Below are positions 9,586 through 19,685 of a DNA stretch of 64,000 bases, one piece after another. A program made the translations under genes and the position numbers. A model generated the notes under the pieces. It saw nothing but the letters and a program-made list of their open reading frames with translations, was not told where the DNA came from and ran no database searches. Position 1 is the first letter of the stretch; the number at the start of each line of letters is the position of its first letter. The DNA is from an uncultured delta proteobacterium (GTDB lineage Bacteria; Desulfobacterota; Desulfuromonadia; Geobacterales; Pseudopelobacteraceae), in the NCBI GenBank assembly GCA_963772835.1, contig CAVYYZ010000011.1, forward strand, positions 256,001 to 320,000, written 5' to 3'.

Positions 9586-10173
9586 TCATGGCTGTTTCCC
9601 CTTGGTAAAGTTAGCGGCAAAATGCTCTCTGGCGGCGTTGACACCTTTGGTGACTGCTTTCGATGTTATGGTGGAGGCCGTTATCGCCTGGATCTGGTTC
9701 TCTTTGAGCGGCACCGTTTTAGTTACCTCCAGAGGAACGTCACTGTTTTTGTTCTTGTAGCGATCCTGAAAAGCACTCTCCTTGGCCTTGGCGCCGAGTC
9801 CCGGCGTTTCCCGCTGATTCAGGACCTTGATGGCGGTGAGCTTGGTCGTGGCGATATCAAACCCTATCAGGGTGCTGATCAGGCCACTGTACCCCTTCGT
9901 TTCAACGGCATAGATAACACCAGCAGGAGCACCATTGCGGTAGGCGATGTTCACCTCTTTCAGCGCCGGATCATAGGGGGCTTTCAGCCAGGCTGCCGAC
10001 TCGTTCTCCACCTTGTCTGCCTGTGGATAGACCTCCTTGAAGCTGTCAATCTTGTTCTGGAGAATCTGTTTTTCAATCAGCGGACCGGTCAGGTCGTTGA
10101 CATAGCTGAGACCGGCGCCGGAGATTCCGGCGATGACCAGGAGGAATAACGACAGTTTAACTATATCACGCAT
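9586..10173 (-). CDS. rnfG: Rnf complex subunit G
   Basis: KGYSG, ETPGLG, FMN-site region AITASTITS. Confidence 0.92.
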   Translation of the reverse strand: MRDIVKLSLFLLVIAGISGAGLSYVNDLTGPLIEKQILQNKIDSFKEVYPQADKVENESAAWLKAPYDPALKEVNIAYRNGAPAGVIYAVETKGYSGLISTLIGFDIATTKLTAIKVLNQRETPGLGAKAKESAFQDRYKNKNSDVPLEVTKTVPLKENQIQAITASTITSKAVTKGVNAAREHFAANFTKGKQP

Positions 10174-11122
10174 GGCTTTTCACCCTCCCGAAAACCCGCG
10201 CCCTGGTGTAGCGGTCGATCAGCGGCGTGACAAGATTCATTAACAGGATCGAATAGGCCACCCCTTCCGGGTAACCCCCTTTGAGGCGGATCAGCACCAC
10301 CAGGGATCCACAGCCGACCCCGAAAATAAGTCTCCCCAGCTTAGTCACCGGAGTGGTAACCCAGTCAGTGGCCATGAAAAAAGCTCCCAGCAATAAACCG
10401 CCGGCACAGAGATGAAAGAACGGATACCAGAGCCCCGCTCCTTTGATCGCTCCGGCAATCGACATCAGAATAAAAACAGTGCCGAGAAAACTCCCCGGGA
10501 TACGCCAGTCGATATGCCCACGGTAAAGCAGATAAACCCCCCCGAGCAGAAGTGCCAGGGCGCTGGTTTCTCCGATACTGCCGCTGACATTCCCCAGAAA
10601 GAGTTCACCAATGGAGGGGAGCGCCTGCCCGGCAGCCTCCTTCATAATACCCAGAGGTGTAGCTGTGCTCATCCCGTCCAGCGGTCTGCTCCAGCTGGTC
10701 ATGGCGACCGGAAAGGAGGCCAGCAGAAAGGCTCTGCCGATCAGGGCCGGGTTGAAGATATTCTGCCCCAGTCCACCAAAGAGATGCTTCGCTATCACGA
10801 TCGAGAAAACCGAGCCGAGCACCGCCATCCAGAGCGGCAGATGCGGCGGGATACAGAAGGCCAGCAGAAGGCCGGTGATAATGGCGCTGACTTCGCCGGT
10901 CAGCGGTTTTTTCATGACTCTCAGACAGACAATTTCGGCGGCGTAGGCGCTGGCCACACAGACCACAATGACTGACAGCGCCGAAAGGCGGAAAAAATAG
11001 AGACCGACAAGCAGAGCCGGAACAAGGGCTATCAGCACATCGCGCATGGCATTGGGCACACTGTCCAGGCTGTGCACATGCGGCGATGAGGTGACAACAA
11101 GAAGATCATTGCTGGTGGTCAT
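10166..11122 (-). CDS. rnfD: Rnf complex subunit D
   Basis: SSPH, FGGLGQNIFNPA, STATPL (FMN Thr), GETS, FFMATD. Confidence 0.95.
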   Translation of the reverse strand: MTTSNDLLVVTSSPHVHSLDSVPNAMRDVLIALVPALLVGLYFFRLSALSVIVVCVASAYAAEIVCLRVMKKPLTGEVSAIITGLLLAFCIPPHLPLWMAVLGSVFSIVIAKHLFGGLGQNIFNPALIGRAFLLASFPVAMTSWSRPLDGMSTATPLGIMKEAAGQALPSIGELFLGNVSGSIGETSALALLLGGVYLLYRGHIDWRIPGSFLGTVFILMSIAGAIKGAGLWYPFFHLCAGGLLLGAFFMATDWVTTPVTKLGRLIFGVGCGSLVVLIRLKGGYPEGVAYSILLMNLVTPLIDRYTRARVFGRVKSHA

Positions 11123-11142
11123 TGTGGACGAATCCTCCGTAA

Positions 11143-12471
11143 TTAACCCTGGGGTCTGGCTTTTGCGGCCAGTATGGCCTGTTTTGCCCTGCGGATGTGC
11201 TGAATCAACGGTATCCGCGCCGGACAGACATAGACACAGGAGCTGCATTCAATGCAACTCATGACATCAGCCTGCTCCGCTTCTTCCCAGGCCTTGCGCT
11301 TTGCCAGCCGGACCAGCGAGGTTGGTTCAAGAAAGGCGGGGCAGACATTGATACATTTGGCGCAGCGGACACAGGCGAACTCTTTGCAACTGTGGTTCTC
11401 CGCCTTAGTGAAAACAATGATGCCGGACGTCCCCTTGACTACCGGAAGGTTGTCGGAAAAGACAGTCTTGCCCATCATCGGTCCGCCGGCGATAATCTTT
11501 TCTACTTCGCCGGCATACCCGCCGCTCTGCTTGATCAATTCACTGAAAAGCGTACCGATTCTGACCCGGTAGTTGGCGGGATTGCGAATGCCGGGACCAC
11601 TCACGGTTACGTTACGCCCTATAAACGGTATTCCCAGCTCAACTGCACGGGACAGGGCAGAAGCAGTGCCGACGTTATTGACAATAACCCCCACTGCCAG
11701 CGGCAGCCCCCCGATCGGTACCTCTCTGCCGGTACAGGCATAAATCAGCTGTTTTTCCGAGCCCTGCGGGTATTTCTCCTTGAGTACGACAATGGAAATA
11801 TTCTCTGACTCAGCGGCAGCCTTCTCCATCGCCGCCACGGCATCCATTTTATTTTCTTCAATTGCTATGATGCCTCGATCACAGCCGACACTACGCATGA
11901 TGTAACCGAGACCGGCGACTATACTTTCAGACCGCTCCAGCATCAGGCGATGATCGGTGGTCAGATACGGCTCGCACTCCACGCCGTTGAGAATCACCGT
12001 ATCAACTATCCTCCCTTCCACCGGGGCATACTTCACATGGGACGGGAAGGTAGCCCCCCCTTTGCCGACGATGCCGGCTTCCAGAATAATGGCCCGCAGC
12101 TCATCCGGAGTCAGGCTCGACGGGTCACTGCGGGGTATAACAGATTCGGCCCATTCCTCTTTCCGGTCATTTTCAATAACGATACAGGGGACAAAACTGC
12201 CGCCTGGGTGTTCCATCAACTCGATGGCAACGACCGTTCCGCTGACGCTGGCATGAATGGGGGCTGAAACAAACCCTTTACCCACACCGATTTTCTGCCC
12301 CTTCTTGACCTGATCGCCAACGACGACCAGCGGCACACAAGGCGCGCCGATATGCTGGGAAAGAGGAATGTAGACCCGGTCCGGAATATGCGCCACAACA
12401 GTTTCCAGGCCGCTGGTCAACTCCTTGTGTCCGTCCAGGTGAATTCCCCCCCTGAAGCTTGCTTTTTTCAT
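11143..12471 (-). CDS. rnfC: Rnf complex subunit C (NADH/FMN, 2x[4Fe-4S])
   Basis: QHIGAP, GKGGATFP, NGVECEPYLT, YPQGSEK, GGPMMG, two ferredoxin motifs. Confidence 0.95.
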   Translation of the reverse strand: MKKASFRGGIHLDGHKELTSGLETVVAHIPDRVYIPLSQHIGAPCVPLVVVGDQVKKGQKIGVGKGFVSAPIHASVSGTVVAIELMEHPGGSFVPCIVIENDRKEEWAESVIPRSDPSSLTPDELRAIILEAGIVGKGGATFPSHVKYAPVEGRIVDTVILNGVECEPYLTTDHRLMLERSESIVAGLGYIMRSVGCDRGIIAIEENKMDAVAAMEKAAAESENISIVVLKEKYPQGSEKQLIYACTGREVPIGGLPLAVGVIVNNVGTASALSRAVELGIPFIGRNVTVSGPGIRNPANYRVRIGTLFSELIKQSGGYAGEVEKIIAGGPMMGKTVFSDNLPVVKGTSGIIVFTKAENHSCKEFACVRCAKCINVCPAFLEPTSLVRLAKRKAWEEAEQADVMSCIECSSCVYVCPARIPLIQHIRRAKQAILAAKARPQG

Positions 12472-12496
12472 ATTAATAGTTCTCCTGAAATATTTT

Positions 12497-13303
12497 CTAA
12501 AACGGGCGGTATTCAATCAGCAGCAGCAACGTCAAAACAACCAGTGCTCCCACGGCACCGGCAAGGTCCGCTCCGGAAAACTCCAGTGGCCTCATTCGCT
12601 GTCTGCCGATGCCCCCTCTGTAGCATCTAGCTTCCATGGCAGTTGCAAGAGCGTCCCCTCTTTTGATGACACCGGCAAACAGAGGCACAATCAGCGGCAA
12701 ATAGTTTGTGGCTCTTTGCCGCAGGCTGCCGGCATGGAATGTGGCGAAACGCGACGATTGGGCCTTGATCAATTTTTCAGCCTCTTCAGCTATTACCGGC
12801 AGGAATCGCATGGCGATCGACATCATCATGGCGATCTCATGCACCGGGATCCCGATGCGGTTCAGCGGCTTGATCAGTTTTTCCAGTCCGTCCGTCATGG
12901 CCAGTGGAGAAGTACTGAAGGTAAGCAGCGATGTGCCGCTCACGAGCAGGATCAATCGCAAAAAAATCCTGACAGAAAGGGCGACACCATCCCGTGAAAT
13001 ATGCCGGAGAACCCCTGATTCTGACATCGGGGCTCCTCCCATGGAAAAAGCGTTTATAGATACGGAAATAAGTGCAAACCAGAGAATCGGTCGGAGTCCC
13101 CTCAGGGACTGACTCCACGGTTTTCCCGCTTTGTGTGAAACTGTAAGTGTGATCAACAGGAGAGTCAGCTGAGTCAGAAAACTCTGTGATAGAAACACAG
13201 CCACCATAAAAAGGACTGTCAGGATAATTTTAGTCCTGGGGTCAAGCCGGTGGGCAAAAGAAATTCCATGGTTATACCTGCACGTGGAGATCGCTTTCAG
13301 CAT
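12497..13303 (-). CDS. ecfT: ECF transporter transmembrane T component
   Basis: HRLDPRTK, IAMRFLP, AMEARCY. Confidence 0.9.
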   Translation of the reverse strand: MLKAISTCRYNHGISFAHRLDPRTKIILTVLFMVAVFLSQSFLTQLTLLLITLTVSHKAGKPWSQSLRGLRPILWFALISVSINAFSMGGAPMSESGVLRHISRDGVALSVRIFLRLILLVSGTSLLTFSTSPLAMTDGLEKLIKPLNRIGIPVHEIAMMMSIAMRFLPVIAEEAEKLIKAQSSRFATFHAGSLRQRATNYLPLIVPLFAGVIKRGDALATAMEARCYRGGIGRQRMRPLEFSGADLAGAVGALVVLTLLLLIEYRPF

Positions 13304-14163
13304 ATCCGGTCTTTTTCTTTGTTTATCCGCCAAATTCTCATCAACTCGTTGCGGGCTTCATCAATCGTCAACTGGCACCCTTGAATTTCCGGCAAAGACT
13401 CTTTCAGTCTGCTCATGAAAGTGGTGATCGGAGGAGCAGTCATTCCGGAACGCTCAAAAACGGCCAGGTCACGGAGAACTTCCCTTGTTGTACCTTCCAT
13501 TTCAACTGCGCCCTGTTTCAAGATGACTACTCTGTCAGTAAGTCGAACGATGTCGTCCATACTGTGTGAGACAAGAATGATCGTAACGCCGAATTGCCTG
13601 TGCAGTCTGCCGATAAAATCAAATATTTCCCGGCGCCCCTGAGGGTCAAGTCCTGCTGCAGGTTCATCAAGTACGAGGACCGGAGGACGCATGACAATGA
13701 TTCCGGCAATTGCCACCCTTCTTTTCTGCCCGCCAGACAGTTTGAAGGGGGATTTGTCGAGAAGATCCTCCCCAAGTCCAATTTCGTTCACTGTTTCTCG
13801 AACCCGCATCGTGATTTCAGCGCTGCTGATACCGGTGTTTGACAATCCGAAGGCGATATCCTGAAAAACAGTCTCGCCGAATAACTGCTGTTCAGGATAC
13901 TGAAATACAATTCCCACCTGTTTTCTCAACTCGGTAAGATTCCCGGCGGCTGCATTCATCCCGTTAACTGTTACCCTGCCTGTAGTTGGTTTCAGGAGGC
14001 CGTTGAGATGCTGGACCAGTGTGCTCTTTCCTGATGCCGTATGTCCCGCAATTCCGATACACATACCTGTTTCTATATCAAGGGAAATGTTGCGGAGGGC
14101 GGACTTCTCTGATGGAGTTCCAGGCTGGTAAATGTGTGTAAGATTTTCAATGCTGATAGACAT
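13297..14163 (-). CDS. ecfA2: ECF transporter ATPase A'
   Basis: HIYQPGTP, GHTASGKST, VFQYPEQQLF, LSGGQKRR, LDEP. Confidence 0.9.
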   Translation of the reverse strand: MSISIENLTHIYQPGTPSEKSALRNISLDIETGMCIGIAGHTASGKSTLVQHLNGLLKPTTGRVTVNGMNAAAGNLTELRKQVGIVFQYPEQQLFGETVFQDIAFGLSNTGISSAEITMRVRETVNEIGLGEDLLDKSPFKLSGGQKRRVAIAGIIVMRPPVLVLDEPAAGLDPQGRREIFDFIGRLHRQFGVTIILVSHSMDDIVRLTDRVVILKQGAVEMEGTTREVLRDLAVFERSGMTAPPITTFMSRLKESLPEIQGCQLTIDEARNELMRIWRINKEKDRIC

Positions 14164-15034
14164 GCTGCTCTCTGCCGCGACCTAGTACGTTAACCAGCAT
14201 TTCCAACGCTTCATCAATTGTGAAAGCATCTTTTGGAAGTTCAAAACCTTCCTGTCTCAATTGGTAAAACAACTCTGCGATCTGAGGCAGTTCAAGACCT
14301 GCCTCAAGAATAACAGCTCGTTGTGAAAAAACTTCATCCGGCGTGCCATTCAGAACAATCTTTCCGGCATCCAGTACAATAATTCTGTCCGCAAGCCTAG
14401 CTTCCTCCATATCGTGGGTGCTGTGGAGAACTGTGATGCCCTTTTTTTTATTGAAACTCCTCACCAGTCCGAGGATCTCTTTTCTGCCGGTCGGGTCGAG
14501 CAGCGCGGTAGCTTCATCAAGGATAATGCACTCGGGTTGCATGGCGAGAAGGCCGGCCAATGATACTCTCTGTTTTTCTCCGCCGGAAAGGAGATGGGGA
14601 GCCGTATGAGAATGGTGCACCAGGGAAACTGAAAACAGTGCTTCCTGAACTCTGTTGCGGATTTCTTCCGGAGGAAGCCCAATGTTTTCAGGACCAAAAG
14701 CCACATCCTCCTCAACAGTTGTTCCGATAATCTGGCTGTCGGTGTCCTGAAAAACCATCCCCATCAATCTTCTTATATTCCATATCTGTTCATTATTGCA
14801 GGTGTCAATCCCGCAAATCCGAACGACGCCTTCTGTTGGCAGCAGCAGGCCGTTAAGCAGTCTTGCAAAGGTAGTTTTGCCCGAACCGTTTCTTCCGATA
14901 ACGGCGACATATTCGCCTTTTTTGATGTTCAGGCAGACGCCGTCAAGGGCCTTCACGTCGCTTTGCTTTTTGCCAGTACATGTATACGAGAACGCCACAG
15001 CATATGTTTCAATACTATAATTGAGAGGAGCCAC
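14147..15034 (-). CDS. ecfA1: ECF transporter ATPase A
   Basis: GRNGSGKTT, VEEDVAFGPEN, LSGGEKQR, LDEAT. Confidence 0.9.
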   Translation of the reverse strand: MAPLNYSIETYAVAFSYTCTGKKQSDVKALDGVCLNIKKGEYVAVIGRNGSGKTTFARLLNGLLLPTEGVVRICGIDTCNNEQIWNIRRLMGMVFQDTDSQIIGTTVEEDVAFGPENIGLPPEEIRNRVQEALFSVSLVHHSHTAPHLLSGGEKQRVSLAGLLAMQPECIILDEATALLDPTGRKEILGLVRSFNKKKGITVLHSTHDMEEARLADRIIVLDAGKIVLNGTPDEVFSQRAVILEAGLELPQIAELFYQLRQEGFELPKDAFTIDEALEMLVNVLGRGREQHVYQH

Positions 15035-15485
15035 AATTTGTGTACCTGTTTCCTTGGTGTCAAGGCAGGAAAGTCGCCAGCAGAATCAAAAACCGTTGTC
15101 AAGGGCTGATAAACCACCATCACCCTGAAAAAAGGAACCGTACCCTGTGTACTGCTATCAGACATTTATTTAATAGTACTAAAAAATATGAGCTGCTTGG
15201 TTTGTCTGGCAGGCTTCGAGGTGAGGAGGCTCGGCTGTCAATAGCTGGAATATATCTCTTATTTTTTTGATATATAACCAGAATTAAAGAAAAAAGCAAG
15301 GCAAATTGGCCTCAAAAAGCTTCCCCAAATCATTTTAGGTAAAATAAAAGTATAAAAAAAAATTTAATTAACATGGATAGACGGGAGTAATTACCCTGTC
15401 GTACAACCGGTCTATTGACGCCTGTAGTGATGGCATGCGCCATATCAACTTATGTTGTTTAATTGAACCCCGTGGCTCAGGTAAA

Positions 15486-16394
15486 TTATAAACTCGTCAA
15501 CCAATAGAATAAAGGCAGAGTGCCAAACGCGAGGAGAAGACCGAGTCCAACCAGGGCGGCAGAAAGTTCTGCGTCCATTCCAGCTACGACTGCCAGTGCT
15601 CCGGCCGTAACCATAGGCGGCATGCCGGCTTCCAGGATCGATACATCGACTGCCAGACCACGTAGACCGAAAATTCTGCAGATCAGCAATGCTACAAGCG
15701 GTGCAAGAGCCAGTTTCAAAAACAGTCCAAAGCTGAGTGGTGTCCGTAGCGTAGGTTTCAGTCTGAAATTCAATTGGAAACCAATGGCGGTCATGACCAG
15801 CGGAGTCAATGTGCTTGAAGTGGTCAGCAATAGTTGCTCAAACATGGTCGGGTATTTCCAGGGAAGGAGTGCCAGGCCGACAACCAATGCTACAGTTGGG
15901 GGAAACAAGAACACACGCCGGATGACGGCCTGAAGGGTGACAACACCTTCCTTCCCGTACAGGGCCAGTACCAGCGAACCATAGGTTGCAAAGATCAGCA
16001 TGGTGCCGAACTGATCGTACACGATAAGATGCTGCAATCCTGACTCACCGAAAAACGCCTGGATAATAGGCACGCCCATAAATGAGGTATTGCCGAGCGG
16101 GACCACGAGCAGTAACACGCCTGTCGCGGAGCGTGGCCATGCGAGAATGCGCGCTGCAGCCAAAATCAATGCTGCTGAAAAAATCAGGGCACCCCAGGCA
16201 ATGCCGATCGGCATAACTACATCGCCGGTGAATAATATGTGAGGCACCTTGAGTAGAATCACTGCAGGCAGCGACAGGTAGAGAGCAAACATATTGAGGA
16301 CCCTGACTGTATCAGGAGGGAAAGCCTCCAGACGCCGGAACAGCATCCCTGTAATCACGAAGACAGCTATCAGTACAAAGTTTTCCATTACCAT
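15486..16394 (-). CDS. AEC (auxin efflux carrier / malate permease-like) family transporter
   Basis: About 10 TM segments, LSLPA, GNTSFMGVP, EAGMPP. Confidence 0.85.
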   Translation of the reverse strand: MVMENFVLIAVFVITGMLFRRLEAFPPDTVRVLNMFALYLSLPAVILLKVPHILFTGDVVMPIGIAWGALIFSAALILAAARILAWPRSATGVLLLVVPLGNTSFMGVPIIQAFFGESGLQHLIVYDQFGTMLIFATYGSLVLALYGKEGVVTLQAVIRRVFLFPPTVALVVGLALLPWKYPTMFEQLLLTTSSTLTPLVMTAIGFQLNFRLKPTLRTPLSFGLFLKLALAPLVALLICRIFGLRGLAVDVSILEAGMPPMVTAGALAVVAGMDAELSAALVGLGLLLAFGTLPLFYWLTSL

Positions 16395-16447
16395 CCACGT
16401 AAAAAAATCAAGTGTGCCAACGGGGAGAGAAAAGAATATGGTGCCGG

Positions 16448-17167
16448 TTATTCCTGTTTCAGGAGGACATATTTGTTGCTTCGCCGCTCTGCAAAGTTGA
16501 GATGAACAAGCATTGCATCACGGGCAATTTCCGGCTGTCTGGTGCTGATAGCGTCAAAAACGGCGCGGTGCTGGTCGAAGAGGGTGCGGTGATCTTCATC
16601 AGTTAAATATACCGCGTGCCAGACGTCGCGTTGAAATTCTTTCATGGCATCAAAAATACTCTGCATCAGGTGAAGCCATACCACATTATGAGTCGTTTGC
16701 GCCACCGTGATGTGAAACAGCGCATCCAGTTCCAGTGACGGTTCATTCCGGGTAACATTCTCTGCCATTTTCACAACGATCTTTTCCAGTTTCCGCACAT
16801 CATCAGGCTGTGCACGTTCAGCCGCATAATACGCTGTGCTGGATTCAATACTTTTCCGTACCTCGATAACATCCAGCGCCCGTTCTCGCTGATGTTTTAT
16901 CAATTCTGCAAGCGGGTTGCCGGCAGACATTTCGAGCAGGGATTTGACAATCGATCCGCCACCCTGATGGGTTTCAATCAATCCGGCCGCCGCAAGAATG
17001 TTGAGCGCTTCTCTGAGTGACGGTCGTGAAACACCGAAAAGCTCGGCAAGTTCACGTTCAGGTGGCAATTTTTCGCCCGGGCTGAAGACTGAGGTAATAA
17101 TTGAAGACCGGATCTGGTCTGCGATTTGAATGGATATTTTCTGAGGTTTGATCGGCTTAAAAAACAT
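16448..17167 (-). CDS. FadR/GntR-family transcriptional regulator, paralogue 2
   Basis: PGEKLPPERELAELFGVSRPSLREAL; shares RALDVIEVRKS, WLHLMQS.FDAMKEFQ with paralogue 1. Confidence 0.92.
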   Translation of the reverse strand: MFFKPIKPQKISIQIADQIRSSIITSVFSPGEKLPPERELAELFGVSRPSLREALNILAAAGLIETHQGGGSIVKSLLEMSAGNPLAELIKHQRERALDVIEVRKSIESSTAYYAAERAQPDDVRKLEKIVVKMAENVTRNEPSLELDALFHITVAQTTHNVVWLHLMQSIFDAMKEFQRDVWHAVYLTDEDHRTLFDQHRAVFDAISTRQPEIARDAMLVHLNFAERRSNKYVLLKQE

Positions 17168-17232
17168 GGCATCCGTTTCGCTTTATACCGAAGCGGCAGG
17201 TGCCTGAGAACACCTGCCGCAATGACATATTA

Positions 17233-18330
17233 TTACTTGAAATTGGCCATGGTCTCTTTAACCGGAACAGAGATCTTTTTGTAATCTGAAATATATTTCT
17301 GTTCTTCTTTCTTGTATTTGCCTGCATCCCAGTCTTTTCTGAACTGAACGGCATCGTTAACCCAGGTTGCTCCGGCAACAGAGCGGCCCTTATCATACAT
17401 CGGCATCAGTGCTTTCTCGAATGCACTTCTTTCGGTCTTTGTCAGAACGTGAACTTTCATTCCTTTTGTTTTCAGTTTTGCAATAAAATCATCGTCGCAC
17501 TCACGATTCAGCTTGCGTTGGAAAGCGCTTACTTCAGCAGCGGTGTCTTCCATGATTTTTTTGATATCTGCCGGAAGTGCATTCCATTTCTTTTTGTTAA
17601 CCATCATGATCATGACATTATAGGTGTGCTGATCCTGAGTCATCCAAGGCTGTGATTCATACATTTTGGCAGAATAGATGTTTACGGAAGGGTTCTCCTG
17701 ACCGTCGATAACTTTCTGCAGCAGTGCATTGGGAAGTTCTGGGTAGGCCATAGGGGTAGGGCTGCCTCCCAGAGTTGATATCAGGCCCATGTACATAGGG
17801 CTTTCCATGACGCGAATTTTTTGGCCGACAACATCTGCAGGGGAGTTGATTGATTTTTTACTGGAGGTGAAATTTCTCCAGCCGTTTTCGAGGAAAACAA
17901 CACCGTGGATTCCTTTGCGGTCGAGCAGTGCGAGCAGTTTTTTGCCCTGCGCGCCATCCAGGTAGGTATAGGCGGCTTCGTAGTTAGGGAAGAGGAACGG
18001 CAGGTCAAGTACCTGGAATTCCGGTGCGAAACCGGCGATGGCACCGGTTGTGGCAAAAGTAGACTCTATAGTGCCGAGCTGTACGCCTTCGATTACGGCT
18101 CGTTCCCCTCCAAGCTGGCCGGCCGGAAATACCTTGATCTCGACCTGGCCATTGGTTCGTTGGCTGACCAGTTCGGCGTATTTTTTAGCACCTACGTCGA
18201 TCGGGGTGCCTGCGGTGATAACGTGGGCAAGTTTGAAAGAATACTTGGGAGCGGCAAAAGCCGGGGCGGCAACCATTGTTGCGACTGCGAGTAACAGAAC
18301 AGACAACAGACTCTTTTTACAAATTTTCAT
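17233..18330 (-). CDS. dctP: TRAP transporter substrate-binding protein
   Basis: Signal peptide, FPAGQLG, LPFLF, ENGWR, KIRVM, DGQENP. Confidence 0.92.
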   Translation of the reverse strand: MKICKKSLLSVLLLAVATMVAAPAFAAPKYSFKLAHVITAGTPIDVGAKKYAELVSQRTNGQVEIKVFPAGQLGGERAVIEGVQLGTIESTFATTGAIAGFAPEFQVLDLPFLFPNYEAAYTYLDGAQGKKLLALLDRKGIHGVVFLENGWRNFTSSKKSINSPADVVGQKIRVMESPMYMGLISTLGGSPTPMAYPELPNALLQKVIDGQENPSVNIYSAKMYESQPWMTQDQHTYNVMIMMVNKKKWNALPADIKKIMEDTAAEVSAFQRKLNRECDDDFIAKLKTKGMKVHVLTKTERSAFEKALMPMYDKGRSVAGATWVNDAVQFRKDWDAGKYKKEEQKYISDYKKISVPVKETMANFK

Positions 18331-18374
18331 TTTCTACCTCCTGTGGGTTTTGAACTGCGTGGTTGACCATATTC

Positions 18375-19685
18375 CTATGGTGGTGTTGGTACCGGTACTG
18401 CTGAAAGCAGGTCGGGGAGCCAGGTTGAAAAAATCGGCATATAGGTATACACGGCCAAAAGGATAAACATGGCTATAATGAATGGAATACAGGCAGTTAC
18501 AACTCTGCCGAGCGGGTACTTTGTCATGCCGGAGGCGACGAACAGATTCAGACCGAGCGGAGGAGTCAGCATGCCGAGCTCCAGGTTGTAGATCATAACG
18601 ATGCCGAAATGGATCGGGTTGATGTTCATCTTCATGACAATCGGGTAGAAGAGTGGTGCAAGCACCAGGATGGCCGAGTTAGGTTCCATGAAGCAGCCGA
18701 CGATCAGGAGCAGAACATTGACCGCCACCAGGAACATCCACGGTTGCGGAGCGACTGAAATGATCCACTCGGCAACATTCTGGGGGATGCTTTCGCTGGT
18801 CAGATACCAGCTGAAGGCGTTGGCCGAGATGATGATGAACATGATCATGGCCGAAACGGAGGCAGATGAAGTCAGGATATCGACATAGTCTTTCAATTTG
18901 ATATCCCGGTATATGAAGCTGCCGACGATGGCACTGTAGACGACGGCAACTGCGGCGGCCTCGGTCGGAGTAAATACGCCGGTGTAAATACCACCCAGAA
19001 CTATCAGCGGCATCATCAGTCCCCAGAAGCCTTCCTTCAGAGACCCGGCAATTTCTTTAAAGTCTGCCTTTGTTTCCCCGGTAGCCTGACCGAAACCACC
19101 TTTTTTGGCTGCAAAGTAACACATACCTGCAAAGACGGTTGCGGTCATCAGGCCGGGAACAACACCTGCCATAAAGAGCTTGCCGATCGGCTCACCGGTG
19201 GCGAGGGCATAAACTACCATCGGAATTGATGGTGGAATCATGATTCCCAGGGATCCGGCTGACGTAATGACACCGACGGAGTATTTGTCATCATAGTTGG
19301 CTTTTTGCAGAGCCGGTATCATGATGGCGCCGATGGCGGCTACCGTAGCGGGTGATGAACCTGATATGGCGGCGAAGAATGCGCAAGCAGCTGTGGCTGC
19401 GATGGCCAGACCGCCAGACATGCCGCCGAAGAGGGCGGTTGCAACCCTGATCAGACGCTTCGAAATGCCTCCGGCGGTCATGATGTTGCCGGAAAGAACA
19501 AAAAACGGGATAGCCATCAGGGTGAAAGAATCGGCTGAACTGAACATTTGCTGAACGATAACCAGCATCGGAACATCGCTGAAGAAATAGAGCGACAGCA
19601 TGACCGTTCCGCACATGGCTACGGCGATCGGTGTGCCGGTGGCGAGTATACCTGCTAATATCAGAAAGACTATTGCGCTGTTCAT
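18375..19685 (-). CDS. dctM: TRAP transporter large permease
   Basis: AIPFF, ISGSSPAT, IPPSI, FTPTEAA, LTPPLG. Confidence 0.93.
   Translation of the reverse strand: MNSAIVFLILAGILATGTPIAVAMCGTVMLSLYFFSDVPMLVIVQQMFSSADSFTLMAIPFFVLSGNIMTAGGISKRLIRVATALFGGMSGGLAIAATAACAFFAAISGSSPATVAAIGAIMIPALQKANYDDKYSVGVITSAGSLGIMIPPSIPMVVYALATGEPIGKLFMAGVVPGLMTATVFAGMCYFAAKKGGFGQATGETKADFKEIAGSLKEGFWGLMMPLIVLGGIYTGVFTPTEAAAVAVVYSAIVGSFIYRDIKLKDYVDILTSSASVSAMIMFIIISANAFSWYLTSESIPQNVAEWIISVAPQPWMFLVAVNVLLLIVGCFMEPNSAILVLAPLFYPIVMKMNINPIHFGIVMIYNLELGMLTPPLGLNLFVASGMTKYPLGRVVTACIPFIIAMFILLAVYTYMPIFSTWLPDLLSAVPVPTPP

Noticed and set aside
8998..10149. 383-aa plus-strand ORF
   Set aside because: Antisense shadow of rnfE/rnfG with no recognisable motifs.
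15035..15485. Possible FMN or other riboswitch upstream of the ECF-Rnf operon
   Set aside because: No FMN, TPP, cobalamin or c-di-GMP aptamer consensus recognised; only a short hairpin and AT-rich DNA.
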